A stretch of DNA of 63,001 nucleotides from a virus (lineage: Duplodnaviria; Heunggongvirae; Uroviricota; Caudoviricetes), in IMG/VR virus record IMGVR_UViG_3300022697_000186, positions 173,091 through 236,091 of that record, one strand, 5' to 3'. Below, in pieces: positions 10,025 through 19,243 of the stretch. Position numbers and translations under genes: made by a program. The notes under the pieces are model-generated. The model had not been told where the DNA came from, ran no database searches, and saw only the letters and a list, made by a program, of their open reading frames with translations. Numbering within the stretch: the stretch's first letter is position 1; every line of letters starts with the position of its first letter.

Positions 10025-12093
10025 TATACTGCCATACCATATTTATAATTGCCGCAGTCCCATATTCTATCGAAACCGTTTAGCTGCATGTTTTGCCATT
10101 CAGTTAAAGTTGAATCAAATGATTCTAATAAATCTTTCAATTTATGTTTCTGATATTTCATTCTGTTTTCTCGACCATTATTTTTTAAATAAAAATAGTT
10201 AGGATTAGTTAGCTCTTTATATTTAAATCCTGAATTTAAATATCCGGTACCTTCACCATATCTAGCATCAGCATAAGTGATAATAGAACTACCAGGATTT
10301 AACTTTTTAAAGTGAGAAAGAAGCTTAGATAATCCTCCTATAACTGATGTATTTATTTTGTTACAAAAACGAAGTATTTCGTAATCATATTTCTTATTAA
10401 ACCTAGATTTTCCCATAGAAATCATCGAAATTAGAGCGTTTTCAAAATAGATTCCAATATGTGTACATTGTATACCACCTTGTAAATGATTATCAAATAA
10501 AAACTGTTTAGCTATTTTATTGTCAACCTTCTGTATTTGGCATTTTCTGGCAAATACTTTATTAGGTGATTTACCCATTTTGTTTAAAAGAATAGATTTC
10601 ACAATATCTCTTTTGTTTAACCACTCATCCTCAAATATCTGTATTAAATGAACACCTTTAGACTTAGCTAAAAGATGTTTATCCTGATGGTAGTTTTTGT
10701 TAACTCCCATTCTTTCACTGTGCCAGTAAAGACCATTGTATTCAATTCCTAATTTAATTTCCGGTATATAGATGTCTATTTCTTTTCCATCTAAAATTTC
10801 TCTATTCCCAGATTCAACATTGGAATAGTACTGTTTTACAAAGGTTAGAACTTCTTGTTCACCAACTGATGTTCCATTTAATTTAGGATAACAGGTTGGA
10901 CATCTAGGTATATGTCCATTCATTAAATGATCCTTAAAATTTGTAGTACATTTAATACAAATAAAAGGATATTTTATATAGTAATTACAAATTCCATTAT
11001 ATTCTTTTAAATTAAATAAAGGAATAACTAATCCTTTTAATCTATCTGAATTTAATAATCTATTATATGAAGTTTCTAGCATTTTGAATTTAAATTCATT
11101 ACTCTGACTAAAATATTTAGTTCCATATTTTTCTAAATTAGTATTTTCTATTTTTTCTCTTATTTCTTGCACTTGACTAGGATTATCTACACCATATTTG
11201 TTTCTGAATGAATCTACAAAAAGTTTCTTTCCTTTTTCAGTTTTCATAGGATTTTTATTTCCAAAAATTTCTAAATTAGTTTTTTCAATTTTTTCTCTAA
11301 TTGCTGGAGAATGAAATGAATATCCTCCGTTATTTATATACGAGGTCTTTTTTATTTTTTCTTTAATTATATCATTTTGATTTGCATATTCTACACCATA
11401 TTTTTCTAAACAAGTTCTCTTGGATTTTTCTTTAAATTCTTTAACTTGAGAAACGTTTTCTACACCATATTTCTCTTTACATGTTTGTTTAAATTTCTCT
11501 TTTACAACTTCAGATTTCATAGGGTTATCTACACCATAATTTTCTAAAGATGTTTTTTTCTTTTTATCCTGAAATTCTTTAACTTGAGAAATGTTTTCCA
11601 CATTATATTTAATTTTCAATGTATCTTTGTATTTCTTTTTATATGATTTTGTTTGAGAATTATGTTCTACTCCATATTTTTTTAATAAGGTATTTTTATA
11701 CTTTTTTTGTATTTCTTTATTTTGAAAAGCGTTTTCTACACCATATTTTTCTAAACAAGTTCTCTTGGATTTTTCTTTAATTTCTTTAGATTGTGAAGCG
11801 TGTTCAACACCATATCTTTCTAAATTAGTTTTCTTAGATCTATTTCTAATTATTTTAGATCTAGTTACACATTGTATAGAACAAAATTCAGCATAACCAT
11901 TAAATATTCCACGAAACTTAGTAGATTTATTACAATTCTCATTTTTACAAATATTATCTTTTTTATTATTTAAAATATATAAATAATAATCCTCTTTAGA
12001 AGGATGAGTGTCTTTTTTATTTTCACAACTAATATGCTTTGATAGAGCTGCTTTTGTAGTAACTTTTTTACTACAAATTTCACATTTAAACAT
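10024..12093 (-). CDS. Free-standing repeat-array endonuclease (Zn finger + about 11 x 23-aa repeats + Vsr/PD-(D/E)XK-like nuclease + GNAT/Mom-like C-terminus), inside fractured rpoC
   Basis: YGVE repeats, EIDIYIPEIKLGIEYNGLYWHSE, YEILRFC..GGLSKLL..ITYADARY, GFDRIWDCGN; coupled to both neighbours (TAAATG, TAGTG). Confidence 0.85.
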   Translation of the reverse strand: MFKCEICSKKVTTKAALSKHISCENKKDTHPSKEDYYLYILNNKKDNICKNENCNKSTKFRGIFNGYAEFCSIQCVTRSKIIRNRSKKTNLERYGVEHASQSKEIKEKSKRTCLEKYGVENAFQNKEIQKKYKNTLLKKYGVEHNSQTKSYKKKYKDTLKIKYNVENISQVKEFQDKKKKTSLENYGVDNPMKSEVVKEKFKQTCKEKYGVENVSQVKEFKEKSKRTCLEKYGVEYANQNDIIKEKIKKTSYINNGGYSFHSPAIREKIEKTNLEIFGNKNPMKTEKGKKLFVDSFRNKYGVDNPSQVQEIREKIENTNLEKYGTKYFSQSNEFKFKMLETSYNRLLNSDRLKGLVIPLFNLKEYNGICNYYIKYPFICIKCTTNFKDHLMNGHIPRCPTCYPKLNGTSVGEQEVLTFVKQYYSNVESGNREILDGKEIDIYIPEIKLGIEYNGLYWHSERMGVNKNYHQDKHLLAKSKGVHLIQIFEDEWLNKRDIVKSILLNKMGKSPNKVFARKCQIQKVDNKIAKQFLFDNHLQGGIQCTHIGIYFENALISMISMGKSRFNKKYDYEILRFCNKINTSVIGGLSKLLSHFKKLNPGSSIITYADARYGEGTGYLNSGFKYKELTNPNYFYLKNNGRENRMKYQKHKLKDLLESFDSTLTEWQNMQLNGFDRIWDCGNYKYGMAV

Positions 12094-13578
12094 TTATAAT
12101 TTATCCTTTTCTTCCCAAATATCATCCATTGATATTAATTTTTTATTTTTATTTATTAAACCTACACCACATTTCATAATCTTTTCCGCCAGACTCCCCA
12201 CTTCTTGTGCAGCTATAATACCCACATTAGGGGATGTTATTTGCTTTATTAAATCCCCGTAACATGTTCTACATATTTTTTTATTTCTACAAAATACAGG
12301 ACTTCTTAATTTGATTTTTTGACCAATCATTTTTTCTGAAATTTTAGTTATTATACCTTTATCATTTAATGTATATCTACCTGGCATTCTATTAAACATT
12401 GGTTTTGTTAATTTAATATTTAAAGTAGATTTTGTTCCACAGTCTTTAACTTTTAAATCAGCTTCAACATCACTTAAAATATATATCATTTTGCGATAAG
12501 TATAGCCACCTTGAGCAGTATTTAAAGCCCTATCAATAACACCTTTACGAGCACCTGATGCTGCATCAAAATAATTTTGAGGAGAATATCCATCATTAAA
12601 TGAATCAGTTATAGGTGGTAATGGATTACCCATTGGATCAGCTATTACACCTTTAGCTACCATAACCTGTCTTAATTGACTAATACCTTTTGATGCACCT
12701 GATTTAACTGCATAATATAAATCGTTATCAGTTTTCTTTAAATGCTTTAATAGTTCAATTTCCATCTGATGTTCAATTTCCATTTGGTCAGATAATGTTT
12801 TTGCCTTACCCAATTGTTGTTTTAATTCTATTAAGGTGTCAGGTAGTTCCATTTGATCTAAAGAAAATGTTTTAGGTTCTATTGTTGCATACTTAAAACC
12901 TAATAACATAAGTTTGTTAATTGTTTTACCAAACATATCACTACTTTTAGCAAGAATTTTACTTAATATATTATCCACTACTTTTTTAGTAATTTCTTCA
13001 TCTACAAACTCAAATTCTTTTGGTAATTCATTATTAAATATAATACGTCCAGCAGTAGTTCTTCTTTTACTACCTTTAAATACCATATCAACTAATTGTG
13101 TTATATTTTCTTGTTCTGCTTGTTCTATATTTTTAATTTTTTTAGGTAACGTTTTACGTCTTGGATCAGCGGTTAAAGTAAATAAACCTAATAACATTTC
13201 TTTACTTATTTCAAAATTAGGTTTATTAATTCCAGTTTTACTAGTAGCAGTAACCATTCTGTCTCTAGCTTCTTTTTGTGCTTCTTCAGATATTGGTGCA
13301 TATATTGCTAATGTATCACCGTCAAAATCTGCACCATATGGTCCTACAGAAGATGGATGTATACTTATTGAAACACCGTCAATAATTTTTACAAACTGTG
13401 CTTGAATTCTACCGGATTCAGTATTAGGATCTCTTTTACTTAATACAATTTTACCCTTTTCTTCAATCTCTCTAATTGCTACATCAAAAACCACATCATA
13501 TATGGATTTTGGAACTTTATAACCTTTAGCTATAAATTTAAGAACTTGCCTTATCTCTTCTGTATTACTTTTTTCCAC
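12094..13578 (-). CDS. rpoC: RNAP beta' central catalytic fragment ending in a short split-intein N-fragment
   Basis: YGADFDGD catalytic loop, SGASKG, GARKGVID..TAQGGYTYRK bridge helix, KDCGT, LRSPVFC..ICRTCYG, VGIIAAQEVG; GTG start. Confidence 0.95.
   Translation of the reverse strand: MEKSNTEEIRQVLKFIAKGYKVPKSIYDVVFDVAIREIEEKGKIVLSKRDPNTESGRIQAQFVKIIDGVSISIHPSSVGPYGADFDGDTLAIYAPISEEAQKEARDRMVTATSKTGINKPNFEISKEMLLGLFTLTADPRRKTLPKKIKNIEQAEQENITQLVDMVFKGSKRRTTAGRIIFNNELPKEFEFVDEEITKKVVDNILSKILAKSSDMFGKTINKLMLLGFKYATIEPKTFSLDQMELPDTLIELKQQLGKAKTLSDQMEIEHQMEIELLKHLKKTDNDLYYAVKSGASKGISQLRQVMVAKGVIADPMGNPLPPITDSFNDGYSPQNYFDAASGARKGVIDRALNTAQGGYTYRKMIYILSDVEADLKVKDCGTKSTLNIKLTKPMFNRMPGRYTLNDKGIITKISEKMIGQKIKLRSPVFCRNKKICRTCYGDLIKQITSPNVGIIAAQEVGSLAEKIMKCGVGLINKNKKLISMDDIWEEKDKL
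12097..12171 (-). mobile_element. IntN of atypically split intein (25 aa, CGVGLINKNKKLISMDDIWEEKDKL)
   Basis: Begins with Cys exactly where RpoC similarity stops (..EKIMK|C), and similarity resumes at S-F-H-T-G-G after IntC. Confidence 0.75.
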
Positions 13579-13590
13579 AACTGTCTACCT

Positions 13591-13911
13591 TTACAAATTT
13601 GTAGATTTATTAAACCGTTCTTTAACCTTTATTAACTCATTACTAAATTTTTCATTAATTTTTGATATTTCAATCGCTCTTTTTTCAGGATCTAATATTC
13701 TATCTAAAGCTTTTACTGCTTGTCTTTTTCTTTTCATAAGTGAGAGCCTTGCTAGTAAAATTTTTCGTTGTATACTTTGTTGAATAGCTAATCTTTTAGC
13801 AGGATCTTTTATAATTTTAGAAGCTAAATTACTATTAGTTATTTTAGAAATAACATTCTTTATATTTTTTGCTCCTATTTCATTAACATAAACTTCTGAT
13901 ACATATTTCAT
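13591..13911 (-). CDS. Basic helical protein with YVSE leader, lying between two beta' fragments
   Basis: Starts MKYVSEVYVNE; 106 aa, K/R-rich. Confidence 0.7.
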   Translation of the reverse strand: MKYVSEVYVNEIGAKNIKNVISKITNSNLASKIIKDPAKRLAIQQSIQRKILLARLSLMKRKRQAVKALDRILDPEKRAIEISKINEKFSNELIKVKERFNKSTNL

Positions 13912-13916
13912 TATAA

Positions 13917-14834
13917 TTAAACCTCATCAATTAATTCTAAACGTTTACCCAAAAAGTCTTTAACAGCTGTATGAAATTCTTCTGGAATATTTTTGGCATA
14001 TTTACTGTTAACTAAACCATATATTAATTGATTCTCAAATAAACTACTTGCCATATCTAATGGTATTCCAATTTGTCCTAAATCTAAACTTGGGTCTGGA
14101 GATATTACACCTCTAGCAGAAAAATCAACTCTCTTACCAAGAATCATTTTTCTAATCATTCCTTGTTTTTTAGAAATAGTAACTCTAGATAATTCATATA
14201 ATTCTCTAATTAACATTTGCATTCTATATGCAAGTATATTATATAATTCACCAGATACACCTTTCAACTGACTAGAGTGTCTTATTATTTTTTGATATAA
14301 CTCTGTAAGTACATCAGCATCTTCTTCTGAACCATCTAAACCTAATGGTCTATATTCAGGAGATATAATAATTAATTTATCTATAAAAAAGGTACCTTTT
14401 TTTATATTATTATTTATCATTTTTACTAATTCATTTCTGTTACCAGTACCATCTTTACTAAGTCTAAATTTTATTTTATCCATATTTTTAACTAGACTAG
14501 TAAAACCAGATAGTTTTCCATTTTCATCTTCTTCTAAAGTACCATCTTCAGATATTTTAAATGAAGTATCTCCAGCAATTAATTTAACAATTTTTCTTTC
14601 AATTGTTTTGGATATTATATCATATAATGAGGGATGTATTACTGTACTATTTAAATCTACCCATGATAAATTTTGCTTTCTTTCTTTAGAACCATCCATT
14701 CCAAAGATTTCTTCGGAATATAATCCTTGAGGGTGGAATGTTTGGGATTTACCTAAATAGATTTGAGGACTAGTGACGGGTCCTTTTAATTTTCTACTTT
14801 TAATAATCTTGTTAACATTAAAAATTTTTATCAT
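13917..14834 (-). CDS. rpoC: RNAP beta' N-terminal fragment, lacking the Zn-ribbon
   Basis: GLYSEEIFG, IISPEYRP, LYQKII, KQGMIRKMILGKRVDFSARGVISPDP. Confidence 0.92.
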   Translation of the reverse strand: MIKIFNVNKIIKSRKLKGPVTSPQIYLGKSQTFHPQGLYSEEIFGMDGSKERKQNLSWVDLNSTVIHPSLYDIISKTIERKIVKLIAGDTSFKISEDGTLEEDENGKLSGFTSLVKNMDKIKFRLSKDGTGNRNELVKMINNNIKKGTFFIDKLIIISPEYRPLGLDGSEEDADVLTELYQKIIRHSSQLKGVSGELYNILAYRMQMLIRELYELSRVTISKKQGMIRKMILGKRVDFSARGVISPDPSLDLGQIGIPLDMASSLFENQLIYGLVNSKYAKNIPEEFHTAVKDFLGKRLELIDEV

Positions 14835-16657
14835 TTTTCACTCTGAATATAAGAATAATTACCACAGTCCCATATTCTGTCGAAACCATTTAATTGCATA
14901 TTTTGCCATTCAGTTAAAGTTGAATCAAATGTTTGTAGTTTGTCCTTTAATTTATGTTTTTGATATTTCATACGGGATTCTCTACAAACCTGTTTATTTA
15001 AATAAAAGTAATTTGGTTTACTTAATTCTTTATATATAAATCCACATTTCTCATATCCTTTACCTTCTCCATATCTTGCGTCAGCATAAGTGATAATAGA
15101 ACTAGGATTATACTCTTTCTTAAAATGCTTCAAAAGTTTAGATAAACCACCCGTAACTGAATAGTTTAATTTATTACAAAATCTTAAAATTTCATAATCA
15201 TACTTCTTGTTGAATCTAGATTTACCCATGGTAATCATAGATACTAATTCATCTTTATAAAATAAACCAATATGAGTTCCATTGATTTCACATTGTAAAT
15301 GATTATCAAATAGAAATTGTTTAGCTATCTTGTTCTCTACTTCTTTAATTTTACATTTACGTGCGAATATCTTAATGGGAGATTTACCCATTTTATTTAA
15401 AATGATACTCTTAACTATATCCTGTTTATTAAACCACTCATCCTCAAATATCTGTATCAAGTGAATACCTTTAGATTTTGCAAGTAAGGTTTTATTCTGA
15501 TGATATTTAGAATCTTTATTACCACCTATTTCACTATGCCAATAAAGTCCATTGTATTCGATACCTAACTTTAGTTCTTCTATATAAATGTCAATTTCTT
15601 TACCTTCTAAAATTATTCTATCTGATTTAGCATTTGGGTAGTACTTCTGTATAAAAGATAGTACTTCTTGTTCAGATTTTGATGTTCCATTTAATTTAGG
15701 ATAACAAGTTGGACATCTAGGAATTTTACCATTATCTAAATGATCCTCAAATATTATTTTACATTTAGTACATTTCCACGGATATTTATTATGATTAATA
15801 GATCCTATGTAATTTTCTAATTTAAATAAAGGTGTAACTAGATCTTTTAATCTATCTGAATTAAGAAGATTTTCAAAACCACTTAATAAATGAGTTTTCT
15901 TTATTTTTTGTTGTATCTTTTTTGATTGTGATACATTTTCTACACCGTATTTATCTAATAAAGTTTTCTTTATTTTCTTTTGAACTTCTTTAACTTGAAA
16001 AACACTCTCAACACCATATTTTTTTAAATTAGTTTTCTTTATTTTATTCTTAATACTTTCCAATTTTAGAGTAGTACTTACACCATATTTCTTTAAACAA
16101 GTTTGTTTAATTTTTTCTTTCACAATTTTAGAAGAACTTGGATGTTTAGTACCATATTTCTCTAAACTTTTTTTTTCCTTATTTTCTTTGACTATGGGAG
16201 ATTGAGAATAATATTCTACACCATATCTTTCTAAACAGGTTTTTTTCTTTTTATCTTGAAATTCTTTAGATTTAGATGGATTTTCAACACCATATCTATC
16301 TTTACATGTTTGTTTAAATTTCTCTTTAATTATATTATTAGACATTGAACACTTAGTAGAACAAAATAAATGATATCCATAAGATATATTTTTAAAAGTT
16401 ACATTAGAATTACATTCTATACAATTAGGTTTAACAGTTAATCCATTTAATAAAAAATAAATTCTTTCTGCTAATGAACATTTTTCACTTAAACTATTTT
16501 TTGTTTCTTTTATAATTAAATCTGAAATATTATCATCAAAATATTTAAAATTTTTAATCGTATGAAAATATATTTTAGGACCTATAATTTTTGGATCTGT
16601 TGTTTTAAATTTAGATATTAAATAGTTATCAATAATTTCTATTATTGGATTTATCAT
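14831..16657 (-). CDS. Repeat-array endonuclease paralog (6 repeats)
   Basis: Same nuclease and C-terminal module as 10024-12093; ATGA overlaps on both sides. Confidence 0.85.
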   Translation of the reverse strand: MINPIIEIIDNYLISKFKTTDPKIIGPKIYFHTIKNFKYFDDNISDLIIKETKNSLSEKCSLAERIYFLLNGLTVKPNCIECNSNVTFKNISYGYHLFCSTKCSMSNNIIKEKFKQTCKDRYGVENPSKSKEFQDKKKKTCLERYGVEYYSQSPIVKENKEKKSLEKYGTKHPSSSKIVKEKIKQTCLKKYGVSTTLKLESIKNKIKKTNLKKYGVESVFQVKEVQKKIKKTLLDKYGVENVSQSKKIQQKIKKTHLLSGFENLLNSDRLKDLVTPLFKLENYIGSINHNKYPWKCTKCKIIFEDHLDNGKIPRCPTCYPKLNGTSKSEQEVLSFIQKYYPNAKSDRIILEGKEIDIYIEELKLGIEYNGLYWHSEIGGNKDSKYHQNKTLLAKSKGIHLIQIFEDEWFNKQDIVKSIILNKMGKSPIKIFARKCKIKEVENKIAKQFLFDNHLQCEINGTHIGLFYKDELVSMITMGKSRFNKKYDYEILRFCNKLNYSVTGGLSKLLKHFKKEYNPSSIITYADARYGEGKGYEKCGFIYKELSKPNYFYLNKQVCRESRMKYQKHKLKDKLQTFDSTLTEWQNMQLNGFDRIWDCGNYSYIQSEK

Positions 16658-17067
16658 TTAAGTTTAATATTTACCTGTTTTTTAAGAATGTTCATTACTT
16701 CATCACTAACATTATGAGTTCTTGGAACCTTTAATATAGTAACTGGATTTTCAACACTATTCATATAAAATTTAATTTTCTCAATAAACTTTATATACTT
16801 ATCTTCTCCAGTCATTGTATGAAGTCTTTTAGCGTTCATTAAACTCTTTTTAAGTACTGGTATTGAAATGGCATTAGCTGGAGATAGAATAGGAAATATA
16901 GGTACTCCTTTTTTATCTTTAGCTAGAAATGCACCAGGGTTTGATTTATACAATGATGCTCTATTAGTCTTACTTTTAAAGAATTCTAAATCATTTTGTA
17001 GATTATTTTCTTTAAGTATACCTTTTAAATCTTTTAAAATATTTTCCATTAAAATTATATTATCCAT
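16654..17067 (-). CDS. Hypothetical protein
   Basis: 137-aa ORF overlapping both neighbours; N-terminal LME/LKE motifs. Confidence 0.65.
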   Translation of the reverse strand: MDNIILMENILKDLKGILKENNLQNDLEFFKSKTNRASLYKSNPGAFLAKDKKGVPIFPILSPANAISIPVLKKSLMNAKRLHTMTGEDKYIKFIEKIKFYMNSVENPVTILKVPRTHNVSDEVMNILKKQVNIKLK

Positions 17068-17971
17068 ATTCTTCCTCCGTTGCTCCCCATAAACTATCAG
17101 TAATTTTATTACCTACTGATCCTAGCCATTTTACAACTGCTCCAATTTTACCTCTAGAAAGTAAACTTGATAAAGATGAAGAGTTTGTTACATTTTTAAC
17201 TACTTGTTTTATTTTAGGATCTTTATCTACATATCCTAATTCAGACATTCGTTTATTACATTTACCAGAACTAACACCACGACATACTAACAATGATGTT
17301 TCTTTATAAATTTTCTTCATAGCTGACATATAATATTTTTTATATCCCATTTTAATTGCAAATGATTTAGAGTTATAACCATAAACTTTATCTGAATCTG
17401 TTTTAATTATTAAATTTTGACCAAGTTTCGCCATTATATTGTAATAAATTTCTGCTAATGTATCTGATTTAGATTTTAAGAACATATAAATCACAGTTGC
17501 TATAGTAGCACCAATGGCTAAATCTATTGTTTTTTTACTAACCTTTTTTACTAATTGAAATTCACCATATTCATGTAATATAATTGAAATTAATTCATTC
17601 TTATTAAGTAAATCTGCTAATTCTGTAGTATAATATACAGTATTTTGAAAAGCAAATGAGTTAGCAACTCCCTGTTTAGTTAAATGTCTTATTTGTATTT
17701 TAGTATTTCCTATTATTTTTTGAACAATCTCCGTTAAATTATCATCCACCCAACTATTTTTATGAATACTAGCTACTTTCACTAGCAAAGTTGTGCCAAT
17801 ACTGCCAAATATCATTTTAGTAAAATCAAAAATATTACCTAATAGTTTTTTTTGAATACCTTCTTGTAAAGTTGATATACATTCAACTAAATTTACATCA
17901 TTTTCTATTAATAGGTTTATATCATTTTCTAAAATATTATTAATCATGTTCTCAGAAACAAAGGAATTCAT
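17060..17971 (-). CDS. Divergent M48-like zinc metalloprotease homolog with FVSEN leader (HEYGE, second His missing)
   Basis: ANSFAF..VYYTTEL..NELISIILHEYG parallels ORF 31097-31912; likely start at the ATG ending at 17971, after GGAG. Confidence 0.6.
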   Translation of the reverse strand: MNSFVSENMINNILENDINLLIENDVNLVECISTLQEGIQKKLLGNIFDFTKMIFGSIGTTLLVKVASIHKNSWVDDNLTEIVQKIIGNTKIQIRHLTKQGVANSFAFQNTVYYTTELADLLNKNELISIILHEYGEFQLVKKVSKKTIDLAIGATIATVIYMFLKSKSDTLAEIYYNIMAKLGQNLIIKTDSDKVYGYNSKSFAIKMGYKKYYMSAMKKIYKETSLLVCRGVSSGKCNKRMSELGYVDKDPKIKQVVKNVTNSSSLSSLLSRGKIGAVVKWLGSVGNKITDSLWGATEEEYG

Positions 17972-18001
17972 TATAATATCTCCATATAAATACACATTAT
18001 C

Positions 18002-18017
18002 TTTACAGTTTGTCCTT
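18002..18017 (-). promoter_or_regulatory. Candidate phage promoter, class B (AGGACAAAYTRTAAA)
   Basis: Motif recurs intergenically at ~41827-41841 and ~49873-49887. Confidence 0.5.
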
Positions 18018-18039
18018 AATCTAAATAAAAAATTTAGGA

Positions 18040-18335
18040 AAAAATGAAGGGTGGGCTAACGCCCTTAACCACAACATAAAAATCAATCATATTTAGTTAT
18101 TGAGAACCATTTAGTGATTCTAATACCAAACGATTCTCAAAACTAAACATCATAAACACTAAGTATAAAACGAATGTGTTTCTAGTGCTAAAATAAGTTT
18201 CATTGATCGCGTGGTATTCTGACATATTTGTATAAATAACCCACAAATTTTATCAGATATAGTTGACTTTTAGTCAATACGTCACATAATGTGACACTGT
18301 AATTATTAAGAAACTTTCCCACTGTTTCTTCCCCT
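18040..18335 (-). ncRNA. Candidate large structured non-coding RNA (~290 nt)
   Basis: Longest ORF-free gap in the window, packed with nested inverted repeats and ending in a GC hairpin plus T-tract on the minus strand. Confidence 0.55.
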
Positions 18336-18800
18336 TTACTCTTTTTTACGTTTTTTCCATTCAGGAGCAGGTGTATCCTGTACCTTCTTTAAACCAATTT
18401 GTAATGCTGTTATATAATCCTGTATTTGTTCTTGTCCTTCAAATATATGTTCATAAGTAGTTTCTATTCTACCAATAAATAATACCCTTGAAGCTACTTT
18501 TAATCTACTCCAAAATACTTGTAGACCTTCTTTAAACCAACCCAACCAAGTCACTTTACCGAAAGTAATAGTTTCATCACCTTCATCTATTTCTTCACCA
18601 ATATATCCGTTATATTTAGCCCAATCTATATCAGCCCATAATGATAGTGTAACACCATGATCCTTATCAAATTCCATACACATTGTATGTGTATGATCAT
18701 CATCCATACATGAACATTGAGCTCTCCAAAAAGTACTTTCATGATTTTCATCACCATTATCTGATACTCTCATAATACCATTAGAAACTTTATTTACCAT
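18336..18800 (-). CDS. Hypothetical protein (CSC..HTH cluster)
   Basis: 154-aa ORF with AGGA upstream. Confidence 0.7.
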   Translation of the reverse strand: MVNKVSNGIMRVSDNGDENHESTFWRAQCSCMDDDHTHTMCMEFDKDHGVTLSLWADIDWAKYNGYIGEEIDEGDETITFGKVTWLGWFKEGLQVFWSRLKVASRVLFIGRIETTYEHIFEGQEQIQDYITALQIGLKKVQDTPAPEWKKRKKE

Positions 18801-18817
18801 TTATTTTCCTTAAATAA

Positions 18818-18882
18818 GTTAGGGTTCCAGGACTATCATATGATTTATTAAATCCATCTTTTCCTGTTCATAAAACCCTAAC
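18818..18882 (-). other. Intergenic stem-loop
   Basis: GTTAGGGTT (18818-18826) pairs with AACCCTAAC (18874-18882); inner CAGGA/TCCTG and GATTTA/TAAATC. Confidence 0.45.
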
Positions 18883-18909
18883 CATGTTATTAATACAATT
18901 TGATTTAAA

Positions 18910-19239
18910 TTATTTTTTACGTAATTTATCACTAAGTTTTTGTGAAGGTGTTCTACTATTACCTTTATTACATCTATGGTCTTGTGAACCATCTATTTTT
19001 TCACATTCAAATCCATAATAATAGACAGTAGAACTCCACATAAATATTTGAGTCCCATTCTGTTTAATTTTAGGCCACAATATTCTTGAATATCTTATAA
19101 TTGTACGTTTAGTTACTTGAACTACTATTGGAACTGATTCTATTAATATAGGAGCAAAAGCCTCAGATTGTTTTAATGTTATAGGACTTATAAATAGCAT
19201 TGTTATTAAACCTAAAATAATATATTTTTTCATTTTCAT
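18910..19239 (-). CDS. Putative secreted or membrane protein
   Basis: Signal-peptide-like N-terminus MKKYIILGLITMLFISPITL..SEA. Confidence 0.6.
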   Translation of the reverse strand: MKMKKYIILGLITMLFISPITLKQSEAFAPILIESVPIVVQVTKRTIIRYSRILWPKIKQNGTQIFMWSSTVYYYGFECEKIDGSQDHRCNKGNSRTPSQKLSDKLRKK

Positions 19240-19243
19240 CCTC

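Noticed and set aside
11100-11850. 69-bp periodic repeats as a possible CRISPR array
   Set aside because: They are in-frame, degenerate coding repeats with no constant repeat / unique spacer structure, and no cas genes are present.
12094-14834. Frameshift, assembly error or pseudogene explanation for fragmented rpoC
   Set aside because: Each fragment has a clean start and stop, intact catalytic motifs, and whole genes inserted between the pieces.
18040-18335. tmRNA, RNase P RNA or group I intron identity for the structured gap
   Set aside because: The GGGG start is suggestive, but I found no T-arm/CCA end, no RNase P GAGGAAAGUCC signature and no convincing P7 core on the transcribed strand.
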